NCBI GenBank assembly: GCA_030390025.1
Contig: CM059433.1
Location: 19,160,001 to 19,224,000 of the forward strand
DNA from: Squalus acanthias
Taxonomy: Eukaryota
Reading direction: 5' to 3'
DNA: 64,000 nt
The position numbers were made by a program, and so were the translations under genes. The notes under the pieces are model-generated. The model worked only from the letters and a program-made list of their open reading frames with translations. It did not search any database and was not told the DNA's origin. Of this stretch, positions 13,185-24,984 are shown one piece after another (the first letter of the stretch is position 1; each line of letters begins with the position of its first letter).

Positions 13185-13812
13185 TAAATTAAAAACATAA
13201 TGGAATGCTGGCCTTTATCTCAGGAGGGCTGGAAGTTATGTTACAGTTGTACAGAGCTCTGGTTAGACATCATCTGGAGTACTGCAGTCAGTTCTGGGCA
13301 CCGCACCTCAGGAAGGATATATTGGCCTTGGAGAGGGTGCAGTGCAGATTCACCAGAACAATACCGGGGCTAAAAGGGTTAAATAATAACGACCGCTTGC
13401 ATAGACTAAGCTTGTATTCCCTTGAGAATAGAAGATTAAGGGGTGATCGAATTGAGGTGTTTAAGATAATCAAAGGAGTTGGTAGGATAGATAGAGAGAA
13501 ACTATTTCCTCTGGTGGGGGAGTCCAGAACAAGGGGGCATAACCTTAAATTTAGAGCCAGGCCATTCAGGGGTGATGTCAGGAAGCACTTCTTCGCACAA
13601 AGGCTAATGGCAATCTGGAACTCCCTCCCACAAAAAGCTGTTGAGGTGAGGTCAATTGAAAATTTCAACAGAGATAGATAGATTTTTGTTAGGTAAGTGT
13701 GTTAAAGATTACAGAACCAAGGCGGACAGATGGAGTTAAGATTCTGATTAGCCACTATCTAACTGAATGGCGGAACAGGCTGAATGGCCTACTCCTGTTC
13801 CTCTGTTTCTAA
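13185..13812 (+). mobile_element. CR1-clade LINE 3' end
   Basis: LYRALVRHHLEYCSQFWAPHLRKDILALERVQ...RTRGHNLK...IWNSLP. Confidence 0.88.
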
Positions 13813-14124
13813 ATTTAGCCTGGATAGTGGAGTGGGTTAACACACAGAATTTACTGATGAGATCCAGGTTAGAGCACTGCTTGGATTAACAGGATTAGAC
13901 TCCCAGGTGAAATGACTTTGGCAGTCTCCATTCTATTTCTCTATAGCACAAAATATACTATAATCCAGCAGAAATGGTCAGTCTCAGTCAGAGGTCACGA
14001 GAGTGGCTGGTGAAGGAAATAGAAACATCCTACTAATGCAATAAAAGGTACTCTCAGGTTTTAAACAAGGTAAATTGTTGGGTTATGGTAGAGGCAGTTT
14101 TACTCTACATCTATTTTATGCGAC

Positions 14125-15020
14125 AATAACTTGCATTCATATAGCACCTTTAATGTAGTAAATGTCCCAAGGTTCATCACAGGAGCGTTATCAAACAACA
14201 TTTGACACAGAGCCAGATAAGAAGATAGCCGGACATGTGACCAAAAGCTTGGTCAAAGAGGTAGGTTTTAAGGAGCGTCTTTAGGGAAGAGAGAGAGAGA
14301 GAGAGGTAGCGAGGCAGAGCGGTTTAGGGAGGGAATTCCAGAGCTTAGGGCCGAGGCAGCTGAAGACATGGCCGCCAATGGTGGAGCGATGAAAATCAGG
14401 GCTGCGTAAGGCGGCCAGAATTGGAGCAGCGCAGAGATCTCAGGGGGGGTTGTAGGGATGGAGGAGGTTACAGAGATAGGGAGGGGAGAAGCTATGGAAG
14501 GATTTTAAAATTGAGGCGTTGGCAATGTAGGTCAGCGAGCAGAGGGTGATGGTGAACAGGACTTGGTGCAAGTTAGGATACGGGCAGCAGAGCTTCGGAT
14601 GAGCTAAGTTTACAGAGGGTGGAAGGTGGGAGAGCATTGTAATAGTCGACTCTGGAGGTAACAAAGGCAATGATGAGGTTTTCAGCAGCCGGTGAGCTGA
14701 GGCAGGGGTGGAGACGAGCAATATTACGGAGGTGGAAGTAGGCGGTCTTGGTGATGGAGAAGTTATGGGGTTAGAAGTTCAGCTCAGGGTCAAATAGGAC
14801 GCCCAGGTGGCTAACAGTCCAGTTCAGCCTCAGACAGTGGCCAGGGATAGAGTTGTTGGCTAGGTAATGGAATTCATGGCAGGGGCTGAAGACAATGGCT
14901 TTGGTCTTCTCAATATTTAATTGGAGGAAATTTCTGCTCATCCAGGACTGGATGTTGGACAAGTAGCCTGGCAACATAGAGGCAGTGGAGGCGTTGGTGA
15001 GGTAACACTGACGAGGAGTG
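14125..15020 (-). mobile_element. L2-clade LINE 3' portion
   Basis: IQSWMSRNFLQLNIEKTKAIVF...LGVLFDPELNF; 3' end matches the reverse complement of 2560-2785. Confidence 0.85.
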
Positions 15021-15025
15021 CTTGA

Positions 15026-15162
15026 TACAAAAGCAAAATACTGTGGATGCTGGAAATCTGAAATAAAAACAGAAGTGCTGGAAATATTCAGCAGGTCAGG
15101 CAGCAACTGTGGAGAGAGAAACAGAGTTAACGTTTCAGGTCGATGACCCTTCATCAGAACTG
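15026..15162 (-). mobile_element. Penelope-like element terminal repeat (pLTR) fragment
   Basis: Near-identical to 26080-26175, which is attached to a GIY-YIG/RT ORF; contains a hammerhead motif. Confidence 0.75.
15125..15161 (-). ncRNA. Minimal type I hammerhead ribozyme motif
   Basis: Minus strand AGUU-CUGAUGA-A-GGGUC-AUC-GACCU-GAAA-CG-UU-AACU: both core boxes, helix II, helix I AGUU/AACU, palindromic loop-less helix III (AACGUU). Confidence 0.78.
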
Positions 15163-16653
15163 GCCCTGTGATGTTGATAAAGGTTGTCAAAAATAAGAAG
15201 TGTTCTATTCTGACCATTGACATGATGAGCACAATTCGAAAAATATATTAATTTCAGCACAAGCTACTAATTTAAAAAAGAGATACAATAGATGAAGGTT
15301 TGAAATGTATTAAACCTTTGTGTTTTGCCACTTCCCTAATCTGGCTGGGAAAGGAGATCCTTTGAACAGCTTCCAAAACCAAATCAACTGAAGTAAACGG
15401 CTGAAGATTTGGGGATAAGTCTTTTCTTGTGTTTGAAAACCGATAAATTCAATGCAACACAATGGGGAAATTGTGTCAGGGTGGAATTTTAAGCACATGC
15501 TGCCTTGTGCTGACAATATGCCAGAAGCAGGAAGAACAAACGGAGCTCTGCAGAAACCTTGTTGAAAATCTCTAATTGTATAAAAAAACCTTTATGTAAG
15601 AACTCCTGAGGATGTGACGGTTAAGAAAAACAATGCCATAAACATCTCAGTTACCACAGAAACCATTGACCTTGTAACCACCCGTTGGTCGTTATATCTG
15701 CATATTTGGAATGATGATAATTCCACTGTGATCAAAGAATAAATTTAATCACACTGGGTCTTTATTGCAACAAATATTCCTAGACTTTTTTTTGCATGAT
15801 AATGGGCAAATTCTAATATAAAGGATCTTTTAAATTAAATGAATACTTATTAACATAAGTTAACATAATGGTATATGTATTACAAGTTTTGTTTTTGGAA
15901 TTCTAAATTGCAAAGAGATAGCTACAACACAAGAGTAAACAGCAGAACTAAAACAAATGTACAAGAGGAAAGTTATATAAAAAGATGTCAGCATCATACT
16001 ATACAAGAACATTGAATATATAGCAGGATAGCACTATTACAATTAAAATAAATTTAGGATCAAGTTCACAACAAAAACCTGAAGTAGTAACCTGGAAAGA
16101 TCAAATAAACTAAAACAGGAGGCACTGTGGTGAGAGTCTCAACAAAGAGTAAATTGGGGAGAGCCACAAGAGGCCTATTCAGGGCCAATATTGGCAGGGA
16201 TATTAGGACTGGGACAGCAAGTCACGGAATTTACTCTTTAAAAAAAAGTTTTAGCATGATATCCTGCCGTAGAAAGATTTGACTAATAAAAGGAAAGTAA
16301 TTTTGATTTTCCATGCTTTCCCCCCCCCATAACATAGCATTCAGCTCTGCTATTTAATTTGTATATTGTCAGGTAGATGGACCTGCAGATGCAGATGAAT
16401 TTATTAATGAGATAAGTGGAAACTATAATTTTTAATTACTATAATGCTCCTTCCTACTATCTTCTTTTCCTTCTTTAACTTGCCAAATAGTTAAAGAAGT
16501 TAAACTTAAAAAATAATTACTCACAGTGAAATCTTTAGGTCATCTGTTGCTTCTTTACAACACACCCCTTTAACTCCTTCACTCCAACTACTGCAAGGAA
16601 TACTGGGAAGTGGGCAACACAACAGGCTGGCAAAAAAGGCTTTGATGAACAAT

Positions 16654-17391
16654 GGGCCGTATATTCCGATCCCTACGAGTGTGTACGAGCTGTAGGGACA
16701 TCGGAAATGCCGGTTTCAGGCATGCCAAGCACATGCGCTGAAAACTGGCATTTCCGATCTGTCAAGAATGCTCTTGACAGATCGGACGCCTGCCCTAGAG
16801 AAGGGCCTCTGCGGGTGGAGAGTTCCGCTTTCTGGAGAACCTCCGCCCGCAGAAAACCCTTAGAAATCTTACGCCTGGTAAAAGGCGTAAGGCCTGCTTT
16901 TACCAGCATGAGAGTTGAAAAAAGTAAAAAAAAAATTTCCCACTCATTTATCATTTAAAAATACTTTAAAAAAAGGTAAGTTTATTTTTAGCCCTGTAAA
17001 AAACTTTATTTTTTGCAAAAAATTAAATTTTTGTTTAAAATATTTAATTTATTGTAATTTCAACTCATTTTAAAAATGTGATTTTGAAAAAAAAATATTT
17101 AATGTTTTACAGTGTTTTGGGGGTGATCTCCATTCATATATTTGACAGGTCTATCTGTCAAGTGTATGAAGGGAGATTCCCTTCTCCTATTGGCTCCCCA
17201 TGGCCCACGTGATCCCAAGGACGCTTGCGAACTGCATGCGCCTCTGGGATACGTGGGCCCTGCGCATTTCGAGTTGGAGAGGCCCAGGAGCGGAAGTATA
17301 CGCACCTTGGGAGCCCTCAGTTAAGCCCGTAGATTTTTTCCAGATCGGAGGCCTCCGCACGCAGGAAGCCTCCGATCGGAAAATACGGGTC
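16654..17391 (+). mobile_element. Non-autonomous TIR element (MITE, PIF/Harbinger-like), hairpin-rich family
   Basis: TIRs GGGCCGTATATTCCGATC / rc GACCCGTATTTTCCGATC; flanks AAT/ATT; GC-rich arms, AT-rich core; homologous to 28090-28778 in opposite orientation. Confidence 0.75.
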
Positions 17392-17490
17392 ATTGTCTTC
17401 CTTGGTTGTTCAAGTTGTGGCTGAAGCTTAAGCATAGTTACTTTAACCAATAGTACAATGGCTAAAGTAACTGAGTGCTAAAAATGATTA

Positions 17491-18684
17491 GAAAGAAACA
17501 ACTTTCATTTCTTTAGCATCTGTCACAACCGCAGGACATCCCAAGGCGCTCCACAGCCAATGAAGTACTTTTGAAGTGTAGTCACTGTTGTAATGTAGAG
17601 AAGCATTGCAGCAATTTGCACATAGCAATGGGATAAATGACCAGATAACCTATTTTAGTGATGTTAGTCAAGGGATAAATGCTGTCCAGGACACTGAGAG
17701 AACTCCCCATCTCTTCTTCAAACAGTGCCATGGGATCTTTTATGTCCACCCGAGAGGGCTGCAAGACACTGATTTAACGTTTCATCCAAAAGATGACACC
17801 TCAGACAGTACAGTCCTCCCTCAATACTGCACTGAAGTGTCAGCCTAGATATTATAATGGCCCGGATTTTGTGATAGGAATAATGGTGAGGCTATCAGTG
17901 CTCACCGTTATTATAGAGTAAATCAGACAGCAACTTCTGGCATCCGCACATGCGCAGTAAACAGCAGAAATCAGGAAGTTGTTGTTCGATTTGCCCTGCT
18001 CCTCCACAAGCTTGGCATTGAAATACATGAAGGGCGTGAATTTGCTATACTTACCCACTAGATACCCACTAAACACACCAGAAAAAGTTAGGGCCTGTCC
18101 ATTCAAGTGTAAGTGAATTTTTAACGGCATGATTAGTCTTAATTACTGCCAAACAACCTCTCTGGTGCTGAAAATTAACTTTTACAAGTGTGGAGTCTCG
18201 TTCATTGAGATTTTAATTATTGTTGGAGATTTAAAAAAGATTTTAAAATGTTTTTACTTTTCTTTCTGTTGCTTTTATCTCTCTTAATCCCATCTTTCTT
18301 TCCCTCTCTTTATTTCGCTTTCTGTACATGATTTTACATTGAATTAAATATTCTAACTTACACTTCCTGGTTCAGACGCTGCGTGGCTCAAATGAGGATT
18401 CTTCAATCTGATTGGTTGAAGAGGTACACTGTTGCTTGCCCTGTTCGCACAGGTCCCAGATCACCTGTAGAAGACACCGTGCTGTTTCAGATACCCAATG
18501 ACCTTAAGTTGCCGCTCAAAAACCCACGGAGAGTTTATGGGCAGCCGTAAGCGTAATGAACGATGAGCGCCATTCGTTCACCTCTGACCGCAAAATCCGG
18601 GCCGACGTGCTCACTTCTGGAGTGGGGCTTCAACCCACAGTCTTCAAACTCAGAGGTGAGAGTACTACCACCTGAGCCAAGGCT
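17491..18684 (-). mobile_element. Deu-SINE split by a MITE (pieces ~17491-17855 and 18604-18684)
   Basis: Body and tail at 17491-17855; the tRNA head (GTGCTCA...GAGTGGGGCTTCAACCCAC...TGAGCCAAGGCT) resumes immediately after the MITE. Confidence 0.78.
17859..18603. mobile_element. MITE with 13-bp perfect TIR
   Basis: GGCCCGGATTTTG (17859-17871) ... CAAAATCCGGGCC (18591-18603); interrupts a SINE. No clean TSD. Confidence 0.75.
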
Positions 18685-18944
18685 ATCATAATTTACAGTC
18701 TGTAGCCAGTAATCTCTCCATGCTCCTTCACAAAACACACTGGCCGCGATTTTGCAGGCGCTCAGAGGGCGGGTTTGAAGGTGGGTCAGAGGTTAAAGCC
18801 ATTTTGATTGACGGCGGGTCCCAAACCTGCCGTCAACCCGCCTCCAAACAACTTTCCCAAGTGTCGGGTCCCCGATTTGCGCATGGATCCGATACCTAGT
18901 GGCGGGAAGAGGATTAAAGGCAATTAACTGCCTATTAACAGGTA

Positions 18945-19125
18945 GCCATGATGTGGAGATGCTGGTGTTGGACTGGGGTGGACAAATGTGAGAAGTCGCA
19001 CAACACCAGGTTATAGTCCAACAGTTTTATTTGAAATCACAAGATTTCGGAGCGCTGCTCCTTCGTCAGGTGATTTCAAATAAAACTGTTGGACTATAAC
19101 CTGGTGTTGTGCGACTTCTCACATT
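18945..19125 (-). mobile_element. Penelope-like mini-insertion with 57-bp inverted repeat and 12-bp TSD
   Basis: TSD TATTAACAGGTA at 18933-18944 and 19126-19137; perfect IR 18984-19040 / 19070-19126; sister copy at 42209-42308. Penelope assignment rests on the hammerhead type and recall; no ORF is attached. Confidence 0.82.
19033..19077 (-). ncRNA. Minimal hammerhead ribozyme motif (helix III mismatched)
   Basis: Minus strand GAAAUCAC-CUGACGA-A-GGAGC-AGC-GCUCC-GAAA-UC-UU-GUGAUUUC; core boxes and helix II intact, helix III reads AAUCUU instead of a palindrome such as AAGCUU. Confidence 0.7.
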
Positions 19126-20214
19126 TATTAACAGGTAATTGCCAGTAGTTGACAGGCTATTTTTGAATTTTGCCGCTTCTGGCTCGGGTTTCCCGACGTC
19201 CGGACACCACACCAGGTAGGTGTGGCGTGTTGTGAGTCTGCTGTAATGTTTCTGGATTGATGACAGCTGCAGAAGTCGTGTGAAGGATCCAATGTTGCAC
19301 TGGTGAGTCTCAGAGGAAAGAAAATGTTGGGAAATGCATTTTTAATACATTTACACATTTCTTTAGGTTACAAGTTTTGAAATCCATGTCCAGTGCCACC
19401 TCATTGGGAGAACCTCTCTCACCAGTGACAGATCGCTTCTGTTATCTCACCTGCAGCTGCCATCTATTCCAGCCTATGGAAGGAGTCATTGGAGAGCCTG
19501 GGTGCAAGAGCTCACCTTTTTGCAGTGATCGTCAGTGTTTGCAGCACCTCAATGCTGTCAAACACTGAGAAATCAACGGTCAAAAAAAAAAATTGTGCAT
19601 GGTCCCTTTAAGGAAACCAGCAGATGATGCGTCTTCAAATGACGTCATCTGATCGGCTTCCTCTTAATTGGCCGGCAAGCCCGCAGGGCGGGCTTAACAA
19701 GGTCAATCAACGTAAAATCATGTCTGTGGGCCGCATGCAGCTGGGGGCGGGACTAGAAGCCGGAAACCACCTGACCCGCACCCAACCCGACACGGAGGAG
19801 AAAATCGCGGCCACTCTCTTCTTCAGTTCACCAGTTCTAGTTTCTTCTCAGCTTCACTGCTTATCAGTACACAGTATACCCCTCTCACACCTTCAAACCA
19901 ACTCTCACTCCTGAACCCATTCATAATAACTTGCGTCTCTGCTCAACTTCACTTCTTCAAAGTGCAGCCTTTTCCCTTTTTTAGACAAACATTCGCGCTT
20001 GAAACCAGTGTCACATAAAAGGAGGATTCCAGACCTTCAGCTGACATTTACAAAGCTGTGAACAGCTATTGTGAATAAAAAATAGTTGCCTTTCAAATTT
20101 TCCAAGATCACATCAGCAATAGAGTAAACATCCATGGTGCTTAACAGAGGAGAAAGATATATATATGTATTCATCCTTGTAACAATTTTTATTCTAGCCC
20201 TATTCTTGTCTTAG

Positions 20215-22905
20215 AATAATAGAGTAGTACAGCACAGAAGGAGGCCATTCGGCCCATCGAGTCTGCGCCAGCTCTGTCGAAGAGCAATCCAGTTCGTCCC
20301 ACTCCCCTGCTCTTTCCCCATATCCCTGCAATTTTTTCCTCCTTCAAGTACTTATCCAATTCCCTTATGAAAGCTACTATTGAATCTGTATCCACCACCC
20401 TATCAGGCAGTGCATTCCAACTCCTAACCACTTGTATAATTTTTTTTCCCCCTCATGTCACCTCTGGTTCTTTTGCCAATCACCTTAAATCTGTGCCCTC
20501 TCGTTATCGACCATTCAGCCATTGGAAAGAGTTTCTCTTTTTTTACTCTATCTAAATCCTTCATGATTCTAAACACCTCTATCAAATCTCCTCTTAGCCG
20601 TCTCTGCTCCAAGGAGAACAACCCCAGCTTCTCTAGTCTATCCACAAAACTGTATTCCCTCATCCCTGGAACCATTCTAGTACATCTCTTCTGTACCCTC
20701 TCCAAAGCCTAATGTCCATCTTAAAGTGTGGTGCCCAGAATTGGACACAATACTCCAGCTGGGGCCAAACTAGTGTTTAATATAAGCTTAGCATAACTTC
20801 CTGGCTTTTATACTCTATGGGGTAGAAATTAGGTCGCGCCCCATTTGGGGCGCAAATATCGTCCGAGCGCAAGTATTAGCGCCTGGCGCTAATTATCGGC
20901 ACTGACAGGAAACTTCACTTTTACCGCCCCGGGAGGTGAGTGGAGCGCTAAAGCAGGCGCTGCACACCTCTCTTAAGGCGCAAAGGCCGAGCAGTGAGGC
21001 GCTAACTCGGAGCGCTGGCGAAGCTCATGTAATGTCAGTCAGCAATGGAACACACACACAATGGCACGGGCCAGTTCTTAAAGGGGATGGTTAATCTTGC
21101 TTTCCATCCACATCCTGTTCATTGCTGCCTTGAATCTCGGCCTGGAGAGACTTGCACATCAAATGTGCTGGAAAGAACAATGGAGAGCACCAGGCAAAGA
21201 GCTCAGAGTGCAGCTCCCACGGTCTCTGCTAAATCGATACAAGGAATGGCAAATCAAAATGAACCTGCAAAGTGCTGCTCAGTACCCAAAACTCCTTCAC
21301 ACAACGTTGAATCTCTCCAGAAGTCTCTCCCTCTCTCTCTCTCAGAATGCGTAGTTCAAAAATGCCACCAACAATAAAAGACAGGAAGAGGCCCCCTTTA
21401 AATAGCGTCCCCCGCAGCCCCACAGCGATTGATAGCGTTCCAGTCTTCTGGTCGTTGGAAGCGCCAGGCGGTAAGGCAGGGGGCGCCACTCAATTTCCGC
21501 TCCGGGGCGCCCCAAGGGCGTTGCACCATGGAATGACGTCACAATCTGCGCGCGCAGGTGGTCGCAGCGGTAAGTTTTAGCGCCGCCGCACAATCTCAAG
21601 TTAAGTTCTCGAGCGGCGCAAACAGCGCTGCGCCCGGGCGTTAGCGCCTTAACACCCCATTAGCGCCCTCTTAAGGCGCTAACGGGAGGCGCAACCAACT
21701 GAATTTTTCCCCCTATGCTTCTATTTATAAAGCCCAGGATTCCATATGCTTTATTAACTGCATTGTTAACCTGTCCGGCCACCTTCAAAGATTTGTACAC
21801 AAGCAGCCCCCAGGTCTCTGTTCTTGTACCCTCTTTAAAATTGCACCATTTAGTGTGTACGGTCTCTCCTCATTCTTCCTACCAAAATGCATCAACTCAC
21901 ACTTCTCTGCATTGAATTTTATCTGCCACGTGTCCACCCATTCCACCAGCCTGTTTATGTCTTCTTGAAGTCTATTATGATCTTCCTCACTGTTTACTAT
22001 ACTTCCAAGTTTTGTGTCATATGCAAATATTGAAATTGTACCCTCTACCCCAAGTCCAAGTCATTAATGTACATCAAAAACAGCAGTGGTCCTAGTACTG
22101 AACCTTAGGGAACGCCACTGTATACCTCCCTCCAGTCCAAAAAACAGCCATTCACCACAACTCTCGGTTTTTTATCCTTTAGCCAATTTTGTATCCATGC
22201 TGCTACTGCCCCTTTTATCCCAAGGGCTTCAATTTTGCTAACAAGCCTAGTTGGTGGTACTTTATCAAACACCTTTGAAGGTCCATTTACACATCAACTG
22301 CACTGCCCTCATCCACCCTCTCTGTTACCTCATCAAAAAACTCAATCAAGTTAGTCAAACATGATTTGCCCTGAACAAATCCGGGCTGGCTCTACTTTAT
22401 TAGCTCATGCTTGTCCAAGTGGCTGCTAATTTTCTCCCGGATTATTGTTTCTAAAAGCTTCCCTGCCACCGATGTTAAACTGTCTGGCCTGTAGTTGCCG
22501 GGTTTATCCTTCTCCCCTTTTTTGAACAAGTGTGCAACATTTGCAATCCTCCAGTCCTTTGGCACCACCCCTGTATCTAAGGAGAATTGGAAGATTGGGG
22601 CCAGCACCTCTGCAATTTCTACCTTTACTTCCCTCAGTAACTTAAGATGCATCCCATCCAGACCAGGTGACTAATCCACTTTAATTACTGCCAGCCTTTC
22701 CAGTACCTCTTCTATATCTATTTTTATCTCATCCAGTATCCCAGCAACCTCCTCGTTTACCATAGCTTTGGGAAAGTCCTCTTCCTTGGTAAACACCGAT
22801 ACAAAGTACTCATTTAGTACCTCAGCCATGCCTTCTGCCTCCACCAATAGTTCCCCATTTTGGTCCCTAATCGGTCCCACCGCTCCTCTGTCTTTCACGG
22901 ATTTT
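20215..22905 (-). mobile_element. CR1-clade LINE, long fragment split by a MITE
   Basis: MAEVLNEYFVSVFTKE, VPKDWRIANVAHLFKKGEKDKPGNYRP, LEKLGLFSLEQRRLRGDLIEVFRIM, TRGHRFK. Confidence 0.9.
20819..21713. mobile_element. CpG-rich MITE with 3-bp TSD (TAT)
   Basis: TAT|GGGGTAGAAATT ... AATTTTTCCCCC|TAT; removing it restores the CR1 sequence TACTCTATGCTTCTATTT; arms rich in GGCGC/AGCGC. Confidence 0.8.
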
Positions 22906-23169
22906 GAGTTTTCATCCTCATTTTCATCAAAGAAAACACTGCTCAAAGGTGTCTCTAACATAGCATGAATTGACAGCCCTACAAAGATCAAAAAGATATT
23001 AATTGTGGGATATGGAACATAGTATGGAGCTTTTCTGAGATTTGGGCGAGATAGCATGTGACAAAATAGGAATTTTTGGCTTTACTTTTATATAGTTTCA
23101 AGTAATGGAGTTAAAATGGAGGCTATTTTCTTATATAAAAATAAAATGGAAAGAGAGGCAGACATTTGT

Positions 23170-24160
23170 AAGAGAATCATGACAAAGGTCAGGGCATGTG
23201 GAGTCAGAGGGGCAGGTAACAGAATGGATTGAAAGATGGCTACAAAACAGAAAACAGATGGTAGGAGTTAAGGGAAGTTTGTCTGACAGCCAGAATGTGG
23301 TGTCTGTCCCACAGGGATCTGTGCTGGGACCACTTTGTTTACCATATACATAAGTAATTTGGATTCAGGAACTGCAGGTATGTTGTTGAAATTTGCAGAT
23401 AATACCAAATTGGGGGATACAGCTAATAATTTGAAGGATTGCACCAAGATACAGGAAGACACAAATGAGCTTGTCGAGTGGGCAGTTAAATGGCAAATTA
23501 AATTCAATATAGTGAAGTGGTTCATTTTGGTAGGAGGAATAAGGAGCCCACCTATTCCCTGGAAGATAAGAAACTAAATGGAGTAGAGGAGCTTAGAAAT
23601 TTGTGAATACAGATACATGAATCATTAAAGTAGCAACACAAATTGATAAGGCCACAAATCGATAAGGACATAAAGAGGTTAATTTCTAGAGGAATTTATT
23701 ATAAAAAGCAAAGAGGCAATGTTAAATTTATTTAGAACCTTGGCTAGACCACACTACAAAAAATATATTGAAGCACTGGAGAAAGTGCAGAAAAGATTTG
23801 CAAGGATGTTACCAGAATTGGGAGGATGCAACTAACTATCAGGAAAGATTGAGCAGGCTGGGGCTGTTTTCTCTGGAAAAGAGGAGACCTAAAAGAGGTC
23901 TTTAAAATTACGAAGGGGTTCGATACGGTGGACGTGGAGAAACTTTTTCCACTTGTGGGTGAGTCCAGAACAAAGGGGCATAAATATAAAATCGCCACCA
24001 ACAGATCAAATAAAGTATTTAGGTGGAATTTCTTTACATGGAGAGCGATGAGAATGTGGAACTCTGCCACATGGAGTGGTTGAAGCAGATAGCATTGATG
24101 CATTTAAAGAGAGGCTTGATGAATACCCGAGGAAGGGAATAGATGGATATGCGGTCAGGG
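23170..24160 (+). mobile_element. Older CR1-clade LINE fragment
   Basis: GSVLG..LFTIYISNLD, KFADNTKLG, EWAVKWQIKFN; many lesions. Confidence 0.8.
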
Positions 24161-24299
24161 TAAACTCCTTGTGATCAACTCCAGTATGTTGCTTAGTATT
24201 ATGACTTTATCTTTCTGTTTCTGCGTTACTCTTATCTGTAAATAAAATCCAGAGCATTCAAATAGTGGTCTGATGTTATTCTGCCATCCGAGGCAACAG

Positions 24300-24600
24300 A
24301 AGAATCATAGAATAGTACCGCACAGAAGGAGGCCATTCGGCCCATCGAGTCCACGCTGGCTCTTTCGAAGAACAATCCAGTGAGTCCTACTCCCCGGCTC
24401 TTTCCCCATATCCCTGCAATTTTTTCCTCTTTCAAGCATTTATCCAATTCCCTTTTGAAAGCTACTATTGAATCTGTTTCCACCATCCTATCAGGCAGTG
24501 CATTCCAAATCCTAACTGCTCGTTATGTAAAAAAGGTTTTCCTCATGCCACCTCTGGTTCTTTAGCCAATCACCAAAAATCTGCGCCTGCTGGTTATTAA
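24300..24600 (-). mobile_element. CR1-clade LINE 3' end
   Basis: Highly similar to 20215-20510 (VETDSIVAFKRELDK; tail CACAGAAGGAGGCCATTCGGCCCATCGAGTC). Confidence 0.85.
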
Positions 24601-24604
24601 CCCT

Positions 24605-24984
24605 CCAGGGTTTTGGCCTGGAGTCTCCAGGAATTGAAGATTACTCTCCAGGACACTGTTGCAAGCAACTAGGGAGAAAAATCATAGGGGCATTAAATAA
24701 AATTGTGCGTTTTAAAAAAAAATTCTTTGAACATTTCTGTTTACTAGTTATAAAAATATTGGAGATGGGAGAAAAAAAAAGCTGTTTATCTGATTGGATG
24801 ATTCTTGACCGTCAGACAATGAAGAGTCTATTCACTTTCCAATTTGTGGTAGGAAGGCGGTGCGCGCCTCGAGGTTGGTAGGTTGGGCGACTGGTGGGGA
24901 GAGCATGGGGGTGGGCCAGTTGGAGGCAGGAGGTCATGGGCTGTAAACCCCCAGGAATACATTCAACCATAGTTGGCAACCCTA
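24605..24984. mobile_element. Partial hAT-like non-autonomous element
   Basis: Ends in GTTGGCAACCCTA (rc TAGGGTTGCCAAC), a terminus I recall from vertebrate hAT MITEs; the other end was not found. Confidence 0.4.

Larger units (their letters stand above)
18742..19812. mobile_element. MITE with 12-bp TIR and 3-bp TSD (ACT)
   Basis: ACT|GGCCGCGATTTT ... AAAATCGCGGCC|ACT; hosts the Penelope fold-back insertion. Confidence 0.8.

Noticed and set aside
18984..19126. Long hairpin considered as a pre-miRNA or assembly artefact
   Set aside because: An exact flanking TSD, a hammerhead loop and a second copy of one arm explain it as a retroelement insertion.
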